The notes below the pieces were generated by a model. The model had not been told where the DNA came from. It saw only the letters and a list, made by a program, of their open reading frames with translations, and made no database searches. Below are positions 23,024-33,200 of a stretch of DNA of 36,777 bases, piece by piece. The position numbers were made by a program, and so were the translations under genes. The DNA comes from a virus. How positions within the stretch are numbered: the stretch's first letter is position 1; every line of letters starts with the position of its first letter. The stretch lies in the IMG/VR virus record IMGVR_UViG_3300028546_000001. The stretch is one strand, 5' to 3'.

Positions 23024-23690
23024 ATGATACAAGTGGTATTAGCGACAGCTATCGGCAGAGTTGCACAGACCGGCACGGCGCTCGACGTCGTCGACCCGAA
23101 CGATCCGATCACGATCCTCGCGCCACTGGTGGCCGTGCTGGCGGCCGTGGCCGTGGCGTACATGCCGCGGCGCATCGGACAGGACACACGGCTCTGGCGG
23201 ACCATCCGCGGCCTCCTGCCTTACGTGGACGCGGGCTGCACGCGACCGTGGGTTCTACACGACGAGATCGACCCCGCCGAGGAGACCGTCGGCGTCTGGC
23301 ACGGCTCGCTTGAGTCCCCTTGAATCCGCACTCGAAGCGGAGGGTACAGGTTGGGGCCCACTGGCCGCCCACAAGTCGCTCCCCGATGGTCGCCAGGAGC
23401 TCGGCAGTTGGGTCGATCTCGGCGACCGTATCTCGCCGAGGTGGCTCGAAGCCCTGCGGCTGATGGTCACGCCGTGGCAGACGCACATCACCCTGTTCGA
23501 GGCCGACGACACCGACGACCAGTATCTCGTCACGGCCCATCACGAACGGTCGGCGTACTCACCACTGACCGCGTACTGGCATCTCCGCGCGACGGACTAC
23601 TCGCCGGCCCGCGGTGTCGAGATCGTCAGCGAGCACCTCGCCGATCGCGAGCGGTTCGAGGTCTTAACCAACACACCCGACCAGTTGTGA
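23024..23690 (+). CDS. membrane-anchored hypothetical protein closing the late operon
   Basis: TM segment ITILAPLVAVLAAVAVAYM, then a soluble domain with GRQELGSW, QTHITLF, AHHERSAYSP..YWHLR. Confidence 0.6.
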
Positions 23691-23709
23691 TCGGTTGTTG
23701 GTTAAGACG

Positions 23710-24083
23710 TCACCTGTTTTTCGAGCGGATCTCGCGGTTCGCTTGCTTGGAGTTCGAGGCGATCTCCGCGATCCGATTGATACGGCGGTTGACCGTCGAC
23801 TTGCTCTTTTCCCAGCTGCTGTAGCGGTCGGAGAACTCCTCAGAGTGAGTTCAACACGGACGTCGAAGTCGAACGGCACTTCCCGGGCCGACTTCGGCGT
23901 TTTCGGCTTCCATCTTCTCCCCGACCGCTTCCTCATACGTGATGTTCACTTGGTTGCGTAGTTGCAACGCTGTTTCGTGGATGTCGTCCTCACCGAGGTC
24001 GCGCAGTGCCTCCTGGTCGAACTCTCGCGAATATCTTCCATCTTGAAGTTGGTCTCGCTAACTCGAAGGCCCATCTCACCCAT
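23710..24083 (-). pseudogene. truncated tyrosine-recombinase (halovirus integrase-like) derivative
   Basis: MGEMGLRVSE (box I-like), WKPKTPKSAREVPFDFDVRVEL, SKSTVNRRINRIAE; stops before any HxxR or catalytic Tyr motif. Confidence 0.55.
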
Positions 24084-24219
24084 CGTCGGCCTCTTCGTCG
24101 TCTTCGCCGACATCGTCCTCGTCGGCGTCGACGTCCATGTCCTCGGGCAGCGTGCCGTTCTCCTCGGCGAGCCGCAGCTGCGCGACGGCGTTCGCGTGGT
24201 TGTTGTCGTGGTCAGTCAT
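24076..24219 (-). CDS. 47-aa highly acidic protein
   Basis: Intact MTDHDNNHANAVAQLRLAEENGTLPEDMDVDADEDDVGEDDEEADDG*. Confidence 0.6.
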   Translation of the reverse strand: MTDHDNNHANAVAQLRLAEENGTLPEDMDVDADEDDVGEDDEEADDG

Positions 24220-24532
24220 CGGCCGCCTCTGTGTCGCCTACTGGTCGAGCGCTTGATGCATCCGCTTGAAGGGTCCATCGATTGCCACTCGTGAGCGTCT
24301 CGACCGTGCTCACCATCTCGGCGCCGAAGTCGGGCGTCCGCGGGTGGCTATTCCCGGTCGTCACCGTGAGCTCGACGTAATCCTCCTCGACGCGGTCGAC
24401 CACCGCAGTGAAGCGGACGCGCCGGCCACAGCGGTACGTCGGGCGCGGCACGTCGTCGGGGTCGGCGCGGGACTCGTCACACCGCCACGTCTGGCCGGCC
24501 GTGACGACGTCTGCGCGTGTGACCACACTCAC
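24212..24532 (-). CDS. hypothetical protein
   Basis: Intact 106-aa ORF, overlap-coupled to both neighbours; beta-rich (RVRFTAVVDRVEEDYVELTVTTG). Confidence 0.55.
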   Translation of the reverse strand: MSVVTRADVVTAGQTWRCDESRADPDDVPRPTYRCGRRVRFTAVVDRVEEDYVELTVTTGNSHPRTPDFGAEMVSTVETLTSGNRWTLQADASSARPVGDTEAADD

Positions 24533-24630
24533 GGCTCGAGCACCTCCGTCCGCCCGTCCGCGGTGGCGATACGCGAGTCCGCGGAGAGGTGCTGTCCGAG
24601 GCCGTCGTCGATCGCGCCCTGCTCACTCAT
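24529..24630 (-). CDS. 33-aa hypothetical protein
   Basis: MSEQGAIDDGLGQHLSADSRIATADGRTEVLEP*; 4-nt overlaps at both ends. Confidence 0.4.
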   Translation of the reverse strand: MSEQGAIDDGLGQHLSADSRIATADGRTEVLEP

Positions 24631-25002
24631 CGGGCGTCACCTCCTCGACGCGGGACGACGTCGACGCGCTCGCCGCGCGAGTAGTCGTCTCGGGAGACGG
24701 CCGTCGCCGGGTGTGCCGTCAGCTTCGGCTGCTCTGCGAGTTCGACCGAGAGGCCGTCGTTGCCCAGCTGTTTGATGACGTGCGAGGACGTACGCGTTCG
24801 CGCCTCCCAGTCGCCCTCGACACGGACGATCGGCGTCGCAATCTCGTCGTCGCCGGTGCCGTGGACGCGCTCGCCGAGGTCCGCCACCGTGAGCGGCTGC
24901 GTGCGGTCGCCGAACGACGCGGTCGCCGCGTCGGAGGTCGAAGGTCAGTGATCGTGTCGGTGCTCTCAGTACCGTTTTGGGGGTCGGATCTGTGGTTGAC
25001 AT
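24627..25002 (-). CDS. hypothetical protein, first gene of the leftward operon
   Basis: MSTTDPTPKTVL..LTFDLRRGDRVV..LTVADLGERVHGTGDDEIATPIVRVEGDW...; frameshifted. Confidence 0.5.
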
Positions 25003-25181
25003 GCTGTCGTTAGTGGGCAGCACCGGTCGGTAAAAAGCCAGCACCCGGCCCTTTTCTGAAGTGACCATCCGGCGCGACCTATTCTACAGTATACACCATG
25101 GGCTTGTAAAGATTACGTTGTAAGTCCATAATGTAGGCTTTCGCAGTAAGGCTTACAACACCGGCGTTCATCGGTAAGTTT
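25003..25181. promoter_or_regulatory. divergent promoter/operator region (immunity switch)
   Basis: AT-rich; palindromes GTAA-AGA-TTAC (25106-16) and GTAA-GGC-TTAC (25146-56); inverted repeat GTTGTAAG/CTTACAAC (25117-24/25152-59). Confidence 0.6.
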
Positions 25182-25550
25182 GTGAGCACAGCAACCAACA
25201 CGCCGGACATGCGCAGCTTCAGGCGACCTTCGGGACGTCGACGAGGCTCGACTACCTTCGCGAGGGACGGTGACGCCGGCTCACGCCCGTGAGCGCGTCG
25301 CGTCCGACGATGGTGAGGAGTACAGTCGTGGCTACGTACAGCAGCGCCTTTCGCGCTTAGAAGAGCACGGCCACGCGACAAACCTTGGCGGCGGTCTCTA
25401 CGAACTCGTCGACCCGCGCGACGACGTCGGACAAGAAGACGCCGTCGCCGAGCTGAAAGAACACGTCTGCGCGCCGCTGGCGAAGCGATCGACGACCAAG
25501 ACACCGACGCGCTCCGGCGTCACGTCCGTGCCGCCTGTGAGGTACTTTGA
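25182..25550 (+). CDS. winged-helix repressor (phiH1 repressor-like)
   Basis: D..LDYLREG.VTPAHARER....EYSRGYVQQRLSRLEEHGHATNLGGGLYELV is a wHTH recognition helix plus wing; faces a divergent operon. Confidence 0.75.
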
Positions 25551-25634
25551 CGATGAACGCGACTGAACAACGCGCGCCCGAGCTGCAGTGGCGAGGGATA
25601 CCTGCGCACGGCGCCGGCCGAGCGCGAGTCCTAC

Positions 25635-25780
25635 CTAATTCAGCGAGAGAGTCCCGCCGTTTATGGCGTTGACGACGCGAAGCGTCTCGTTCGCATCAGA
25701 ACGCTTCTGCGTTCTGAGGACGGGAGTGAATCGCGTCACCAACGACGCGAACCACCGATTACCAACTACGAAGTCCACTA
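25635..25780 (+). mobile_element. solo left end of an IS200/IS605 element
   Basis: CTAC target (25631-34), guide AGAG, hairpin arm TCCCGCCGTTTATGGCG...GGGAGTGAAT resembling the tnpB element's left end; no tnpB or right end follows. The 3' limit is approximate. Confidence 0.65.
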
Positions 25781-25840
25781 ATATCCCCGGAAGAACAGAC
25801 TCAGTAACGATGAATATCGCTGTTTCGCTGAGGGCTGCCT

Positions 25841-26046
25841 GATGAACGAAGATCTACCAGACGTAGATGAACATCTCGCTCACGCGCAAGGAGTCGTTCG
25901 AGTCGATCGTCGACGCCACGTGCCGCACCCGCGTTCCGCGGACCACGTCTCACCGCGGTAGTGCGCGAGCTGGGCCGCGCCGAGTTGGCGATCCGCGAGG
26001 TCACCCCGCGCGGCGGGATGGTCCGCGTCGTCGCCGTCGCTGAGTA
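25841..26046 (+). CDS. small hypothetical protein
   Basis: MNEDLPDVDEHLAHA..ESFESIVDATCRT..VVRELGRAELAIREVTPRGGMVRVVAVAE*; followed by a T-rich tract near 26065. Confidence 0.45.
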
Positions 26047-26374
26047 ACCGCTGCGGGGCGAGTTCTTTTTCGAGGTGGTGTGTAAACTACCCGCAGAGGC
26101 AATTGTCTCTGCGGGCGATATAACTAAGGTGGAGCCGTACAGACATATCACGTGGCTCGGATTGTTCGACGACGACGAGCGACGCGTCTCTCCACCGGGG
26201 AGCGCGCAGGAACAGTTCTACTTTCGGGAATGCGGAGCCCACACACCAGCGCCTAATCCCCGACAGCGATTGGTCATTGACGATGAAAGACCAGTTCCAC
26301 TTTCACCACGGCCGCGGGCCACCTTTTCGTGCCGGCGTACCTGTCGGTATGCGCGCAATGGACTACCAGAAAAT

Positions 26375-26569
26375 CTACAGGAGGGCAGCGGGCTGGTTAA
26401 TCAGCGCAGACGCCAGCGGGGTCTCATTTCCCGACTCGGTCTCTTTATCGAGGCGCTGGCGGATGGCCTCGCGGATCCACTCTGAGCGGCTGTCTCCGTA
26501 GGCGAGTTGGGCTTCAACGCGATTTTTGAGCGGTTCGTCCATCGGAACGGTGATGTCCTTGCGGGCCAT
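26375..26569 (-). CDS. ribbon-helix-helix (CopG-like) regulator A
   Basis: MARKDITVPMDEPLKNRVEAQLAYGDSRSEWIREAIRQRLDKE: alternating beta ribbon followed by two helices. Confidence 0.85.
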   Translation of the reverse strand: MARKDITVPMDEPLKNRVEAQLAYGDSRSEWIREAIRQRLDKETESGNETPLASALINQPAALL

Positions 26570-26705
26570 ACTGGTACCGTGTGGCCGAGACAACATAAGT
26601 GTGTGTGTTATTACAGCCGGTGGTGCTGTGGTGTCGTGTCGCCATGTGTACCTAACAGAGTACCACAATGGCTAAGTGGGGACAGTGTGTACGGGAGTAT
26701 GGCCC

Positions 26706-26838
26706 ATGAGTGAGTCCCAGAGTCCAAGTATCCGGGATTCCAGAAGACCTCCTCGATGAGGTCGACGGGCAGCTGGGATACGGCGACAGCCGCTCGGCGT
26801 GGATTCGAGAGGCGATTCGCCAACGACTCGATAATTAA
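26706..26838 (+). CDS. ribbon-helix-helix (CopG-like) regulator B
   Basis: ...IPEDLLDEVDGQLGYGDSRSAWIREAIRQRLDN*; the N-terminus is frameshifted and may start at ATG 26699. Confidence 0.8.
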
Positions 26839-27022
26839 CGTATCGCACAATCAGATTAGCCACGCGACGCGCGACCCGCTTTGGTAGGTGATCGGTCGCG
26901 CGTCTGTGGTCCCGCAGCTATCACACGACAATGCAAATCACTACGGACGGCCGCGCGAACGCGGCCATAGGCGGCAGTTGTACTGGTGACGTGATTAGCT
27001 TTAGTTTCAGTGAGGTGCAGCG

Positions 27023-27777
27023 ATGAGCTTCTCGGCGATCGTGCCCGTCGAGACGCTCCAGGACGCGATCGAACCCGTTTCGGCGCTCGTCGATGAGTGC
27101 AAGATCCGACTCAACGACGACGGCGGCCTGTCGATTCGAGCCGTCGATCCCGCGAACGTCGGCATGGTAGACATGTCGCTCGCCAAATCGGCCTTCGAGT
27201 CCTACGAGGCCGACGGCGGCGTCATCGGCGTCAACCTCGACCGGTTCGAAGACGTGCTGTCGATGGGCGACTCGGGCGATCTTGTCTCGCTCGACCTCAA
27301 CGAACAGACCCGCAAGCTCGACATCCACATCAGCGGCCTGTCGTACACGCTGGCGTTGATCGGTCCCGATTCGATCCGCCAAGGCCCGACATCCCTGAGT
27401 TGGAGCTGCCCGCGCGGCTGGTGCTGACCGGCGACGACATCGACTACGGGATTACGGCCGCCGATCTCGTCAGCGATCACATCTCGCTGCGCGCCGACGA
27501 GACCGCCGAGGAGTTCCACATCGAAGCCCAGGGCGACACCGACGACGTCGACCTGACCTTCACCAACGACGATCTCCTGGCGGGCAGCGTCGACGAGGCC
27601 GCCGAGTCGCTGTTCTCGCTGGACTACCTCCAAAGACATGAGCCGCGCGATGGACACCGACGCCGCGGTGTCGCTGCTGCTCGGCTCCGAGATGCCAGTC
27701 AAACTGCGCTACTCTCGACACAACGGCTTCTGGTCAAGGTCGTGTATATGCTCGCCCCGCGGATCCAATCGGAGTGA
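27023..27777 (+). CDS. pcn: DNA polymerase sliding clamp (PCNA)
   Basis: [68 protein letters not shown]. Confidence 0.97.
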
Positions 27778-27860
27778 TCGCTCATGCAAGCCGAACAAGT
27801 CCTAACAGCGGACTACGAGATGAGCGACGAGCCGTTAGTTATCGACGACATCGACGGCCG

Positions 27861-28120
27861 ATGACCGAACCTGAACCCGGCGAACTGGAGCGATTCGCGT
27901 TCGATCAGGCCCCTTAGTCGCGGCCTACCGTACGGAGATGTTCAACCCGTTCGATCCGGACCACGGGTTCAGCGACTACTTCGAGGCGGCCGCGACGCGG
28001 AACATCACGCTGTTGCGCGGCTTCGAGGAACTCGCCGAGGGCGTCGACAGCCCGTGGAGTGCTACCACGGACAGACGGCCCGCAGTCGCGCCTCGCGACG
28101 GGTAAGTCCGGCGATGACTG
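27861..28120 (+). CDS. hypothetical protein
   Basis: MTEPEPGELERFAFDQA..AYRTEMFNPFDPDHGFSDYFEAAATRNITLLRGFEELAEGVDSPW; the end is uncertain. Confidence 0.4.
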
Positions 28121-28193
28121 ACCACGCCGACTATATGACGCCGACACTCCCGATCGCGCTGCACGCTCGAACAGTTGGCCACGGAGGGCGACG

Positions 28194-29122
28194 ATGAGTG
28201 AGTCTATGCGTGCGTCGCATCGCGACGCACAGACCCGCACCGACACACAGACGTGTGAGGAGTGCGGCCAGCCCCTCGACGACGGTACCGAGACCGTCTG
28301 CGATGACTGCGGCCTGGTCGCCGACGAGGACGCCATCGACCGCAGGGCCGAGTGGCGCTGCGACGACACCGGCGAGCGGGCGCGTGCCGGGACAGCCGTC
28401 GACCGGACTCGACACGATAACGGGTTTTCGACGCGGATCGGCTTTGAGCGCTCATCGGCCAGCAGCGAGAAACATCGCCGACTCCTCCCGTGCGAAGCGA
28501 TTAAGCAAACATGGGTCGACTCGGAAGCCGCGGGATCAGGCGAAGTGTCTCTCCGATATCGGCCGTCGCCGACCGGCTCGAACTCCCGCAGTCGGTCAGC
28601 GACAACGCCTGCGTGTTGTTCCAGGAGTTCCACAACGAGACGAGCCATCACGGTCACTCGCTGGATGCTGCGGTCGCCGCGTGCGTCTACGCGAGCGAGC
28701 GCCCGCATCGAACACGTCGGGATCGCCGTCCGAGACCGTCGCCGAGCAGTTGAGCATCACCGAACGGCGGTTGTTCCTGACGCTCGACCGGCTCCGCGAG
28801 GAGATCGACGTCGCCATCCCGATCGCCAGTCCGCGAATGTACGTCGCGCGATATGTAGACGAACTCGGCGGCGAGGCCCGGACGGCGACGCTCGCCCGAG
28901 AGGTGGCCGCCGAGGCCGACGAGGCGGGGTTGACCGCCAACGGGGCCGCACCGTCGGCAGTCGCTGCGGGTGTGTCTACGAGGCGTTCGTCGCCGCGCAG
29001 TGGGGAGGCCAAACACCCCACCCGAGGTCGGTGAGGTTGCTGGTGTGAGCGACAAAACCGTGCGTCGGCACTGGCAGCGGCTCCAAGAGGCCGGGATCGA
29101 CGGAGGGCAAGTCGATGTCTGA
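28194..29122 (+). CDS. tfb: transcription initiation factor IIB (TFB) homolog
   Basis: Zn ribbon CEECG...VCDDCGLV, IDRRAEWR linker, RHDNGFSTRIG, two cyclin-fold repeats (ADRLELP.SV.DNA..LF; SPRMYVARYVDELG; APSAVAAGCVY), C-terminal HTH. Confidence 0.9.
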
Positions 29123-29351
29123 TGATGACGAGACTGTCATCGTGATGACGAAGGGGCGCGTTTACCACACCGACGAGACCCGGCAAGCGGATTACCGACC
29201 GGGCCAGAGAGTGGACCTCGACGAGGCGCTGAACGACGGGCGATACGAGTGCGGACACTGTCAGGCAGACGAAAATCTCGGTAGTAAGCATCACGGCGAG
29301 CACCTGGCGACCGCTTTATCGAAAGCCGACCCGACGAGGGTCGCCGACTGA
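29115..29351 (+). CDS. small CxxC (Zn-binding) protein
   Basis: Intact 78 aa: VMTKGRVYHTDE...YECGHCQ. Confidence 0.6.
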   Translation: MSDDDETVIVMTKGRVYHTDETRQADYRPGQRVDLDEALNDGRYECGHCQADENLGSKHHGEHLATALSKADPTRVAD

Positions 29352-29464
29352 GTTCGACCGCGAGCGCGCCAGTGTCTCGCTGGCGTGGTTCGTCGCCGTT
29401 TGGCTCGCCATCATGGCTGCGAGCACGTTCACGGGCGTCATGCTCTACTTCGCGGGGTGTTGCT

Positions 29465-29829
29465 ATGAGCGCCGATCGAGGGAGCGACCCGTCGTTCGTC
29501 GAGATGCTCATCTCCGACCCTGACCTGCGGCTCAACCCCACAGTCGAGTGGTCGCCGCACGCAAAGGACCGGTGGGGCGAGCGGGCCGGCGCTGTCGGCT
29601 ATCCCGCGCGTGGGCCCAAAGCGAGGAAGTCGATTACCCCTCGGCCCACTCGTCGACGCGCGGCCGGTACCACGGACCCACCGACACAGTCCTGATAGTC
29701 AAGCGACTGCGGCGCAACGGCGGCGCGGTCGGCTGGGAGTTCGTCGATCTCGTCGTCAGCGTCATCGAGCTCGGCGATCGCCCCGACGACGAGCAGCGCC
29801 ACGTCCGCCAGCAGGTGCGAGACGCATGA
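29465..29829 (+). CDS. hypothetical protein (HA..RW.ER motif)
   Basis: VEWSPHAKDRWGER...ARAWAQSEEV...RGRYHGPTDTVLIVK...VVSVI; one frameshift. Confidence 0.5.
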
Positions 29830-30076
29830 GCCGACAAGTACCTATAAAACAATCGCGCGACAAGAGAGAGTCACGACTGAATGAAGTTGAAAACCGCAAC
29901 CAGAAAGCGTCGGTTTTGCCATCACCGACAGGTTGCGGTTTTAGTCGCCAGTGCATGAGCACACACACAACCCAGCGTAAAGAGATTTCGGTAGTACAGA
30001 CCCTGAACCGCGTCTTTGTGGTAACATGGTGACGTGGCGTCCGATGCTAACCACGTCTACAGGAGGGGTGTTCGCG

Positions 30077-30228
30077 TGATCGAACACCTGGATGTACTGC
30101 CCCGAGTGCGACGTCGAGCACGCCGAGTGGGCAGACGAGGGGACCACGGTGAACTCCGACGGCCGCACGACACTCGACCTGTGGGAGTGCGACCGCTGCG
30201 GGTTCGTTCTTGAGGGGTGCGGCTGTGA
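30077..30228 (+). CDS. small CPxCG-type zinc finger protein
   Basis: YCPECDVEHAEW...WECDRCGFVLEG; GTGA overlap with the next gene. Confidence 0.65.
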
Positions 30229-33200
30229 GCGATCCGAGGAGATCGTCGAGCGTATCCGCGAACAGTTCCGCATCGACCCGACCAGCGGCCACTTGCCGTC
30301 GTCGCAGGGCAAGGCGTCGATCCCGACCGCTGGCTTCCCGTCGCTGAGGCGATTGCGAACGGTGAGGACCCCGACTTGCCGAATGAGGATCTTAACCAAC
30401 AGACTGGTGACGATGACAGCGATGTGTTGGTTAACGACGAAAGCTGATCCTGAGCCAGCGCCGGTCGAGACGCCCGACGGCCCAGTCGACAGTTGGTTCG
30501 ACGCTGGGTGGCGATGGCCTCGACCAGTGTCTGGTCGCCGGAGCACCTCAACCGCGAGCAGTGGATGGGCCACAGCGACAAGAAGCCGTTCGCTCCGTGG
30601 GCTGACAAAGATGCCCCAGCGCCCTGCAGTGAAACGGGACACACTGACGCCAGTGAGTGTGACTGCGACGCCCGGTTCAAGTGGGGTTACGAGCCGCAGT
30701 ACGTCGACGGCGAGACGGTCGCGGTGGGGAGGACGACCCCGGCTCGATGGGCGCGTGTTCCTGCAGACTGATGAGGATCCGTACGCCTTCGTCGACGGTG
30801 ATGACGTCCGCGATCCCGAGACCGGCGAGGTACACCCGGCGTTCGTCGAGATCCTCGAACAGTTGGGTATATCATATGCCGATATATCAACGAGTGGTGC
30901 GGGCGTACACGTTTACTACCGCGGGGAGCTCCCCGAACGACATCCCACAGGCCAGTTGGCCCATCGATGACGAGCCTTGGGGGTCCAACGACGAGGAGCC
31001 CGCCATCGAGATCTACGCGAACAAACACGTCTGTGGCGACCGGCGACCACGTGCCCGGCAGTGGGACCGAAGTCAACGAGTGGGACGCCGAGGCCCTCGA
31101 AGCCATCCTCAACGAGAACGACCAACTGCGACAGACGGTCACCGACCGGTCGGACATCGATCTCAGCGGCTACGAGCCTGATGCAACTGGCGGCGAAGAG
31201 ACAACGACGGAGATCCGCGATCAGTTCTATGCGATCAACCGCCTCGATTCGCGGAAGGTGGCCGAGGAGACTATCGTCCAACAGTGGAATGACGATGCCT
31301 CAACGAGTTCGGGCGCGCGTGCGTTCTATCCGACATGGGGATCCTCGTCGGACTCAGGGACGGCCAACTACGTTGACGAGGACATTTGGAACGACACTGG
31401 GCATAACGGCGGCTACGGTGGTGCGCTGGTCATGGCACTCATCGATGCTGGCGAGATCTCGAACGTCGGGGCGGCTCCCCAAGACGCCAGCGGATCGGGC
31501 CTACTTCACCGCTGTTGAGCACCTGCGGGATCTGGGCTTCGATATCCCAAAATTAGAGGGTGACGACGACCGGCCGGCGTTGGACATCCCTGAACGACGA
31601 GATCGATGCAGATCGCGATGCAACGGCCGAAGCTGAGGCGGCTGCAGTAGCAGGTCCTGATGAGACTCCGCCCCCACAGAGACGAGTGAAACTGACGGTG
31701 GGGCCACTGCAGCCGAGTCGGGGAGTTCATCAACGCCGATCACGACTGACCAGCAGTTCCAAGAGGACGTCCACTCGGCTATTGCAGAAGCCAACGACGA
31801 GGTGATCCAACACAAGACGGCGCGGCATCGGATCGCGTTCGCCCTCACCGATCACTACGACTTCGTCTACCCCGAGGATGAGGTCCGCGGATGGCGGTCG
31901 ACGCTCTACGTCTACAACTCAGACGAGGGTGTGTACGAGCCTTCGCGGTGAGCAGTTCATCGACAAGAAGCTCGAACGCGTTGCTGGCGACTACGTCACG
32001 AACACCGTCGTCAACGAGATCACGGGAAGGTCGAGCGAATGACGATCGAGCGGGGGCGATGCGTTCGAGCCGATCCCCGAACGACTCGTCGTTGCCAACG
32101 GGATCCTCAACCTACACACTGGCGAACTGGACAACTGGACGCCGCTTGAGTACCACCGCCAGAAGATCGATATTCGATGGAACCCCGACACCGATGGCGG
32201 CGGCGAGATCGAGGAGTTCTTCAACGACATCGTCGAGGGTCGAGACGTCGACACCCTACCGCGTTATCGCGCACGCGTTGTACAAGGAGTATGTCTCGGA
32301 GAAAGCCATCATGCTGGTTGGCGGCGGGCAGAACGGTAAGTCTGTGTTCTTGAGCCTCGTCGAGCAGTTCCTCGGCCAGTGGAACGTCAGCCACCGGGCC
32401 CTGCAGGACTTTGACGACAACGACTTCGCCGCCAACGCGCTGAAGGGAAGCTGGCCAACATCCACCCCGACATGGGCGATCAGGGCGGTCACCGACATGT
32501 CCATGTTCAAGAAGCTGACCGGCCGGGATACGATGATGGCGAACGTCAAGTTCGAGACCCCGATCACCTTCGAGAACTTCGCGACGTTGATGTTCGCGGC
32601 CAACGAGATGCCACAGTTCTCCGAGGACAACCACGCTGTGTGGCGTCGCTGGGTGTACATCAACTTCCCTACACCTTTGACGACACCGACACCGACCCGA
32701 AGCCAGGACTCAGTCCCCAAGCGGGTGCTGATGCGCCGGCTGACTGACGACGCCGAGCTCGAAGCGCTGCTCGTCCGCTGTCAGCAGGAGATCCAACAGT
32801 GGTACGAGGGTCGCGACTGGTATCCCCGACACCATGGGGCCGAGGAGGTCCGAAAGCAGATGAAGAAGGCCGCCGAGCCTGTCTTCGACTTTGCGACCAC
32901 TTGCCTCCAGGAGGCCGACGACGACGAGTTCCTCTACAAGGGAGGACGTCCGCAAGGTCTACCGGGCCTACGCAACTGAGCAGGGGCTGCCGAAGATCGG
33001 TGCGGATCGCTTCGGCGAGCAGCTCGTCAACTTCCCCGACTACTGATTGACTCTGCCCGACGGCGAGTAGACGGCGGAAGGCAGCGCGTCTACACCGGCG
33101 TTCAGTGGTCATCGCGAGGGCGGCAGGTGGCTGGCCTCGACGATCCCGACGACGAGCAACAGTCGCAGGTCGGTGATGACGATATGGCGGTGCGGCAGAT

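Noticed and set aside
23690-23712. att site or tRNA-derived core at the convergence of the two operons
   Set aside because: No tRNA-like sequence or repeated core was found, and the adjacent recombinase lacks catalytic residues.
26075-26400. ORF 26075-26485 and alternatives
   Set aside because: No consistent frame or motif could be rebuilt, and it overlaps the RHH-A gene; left unannotated.
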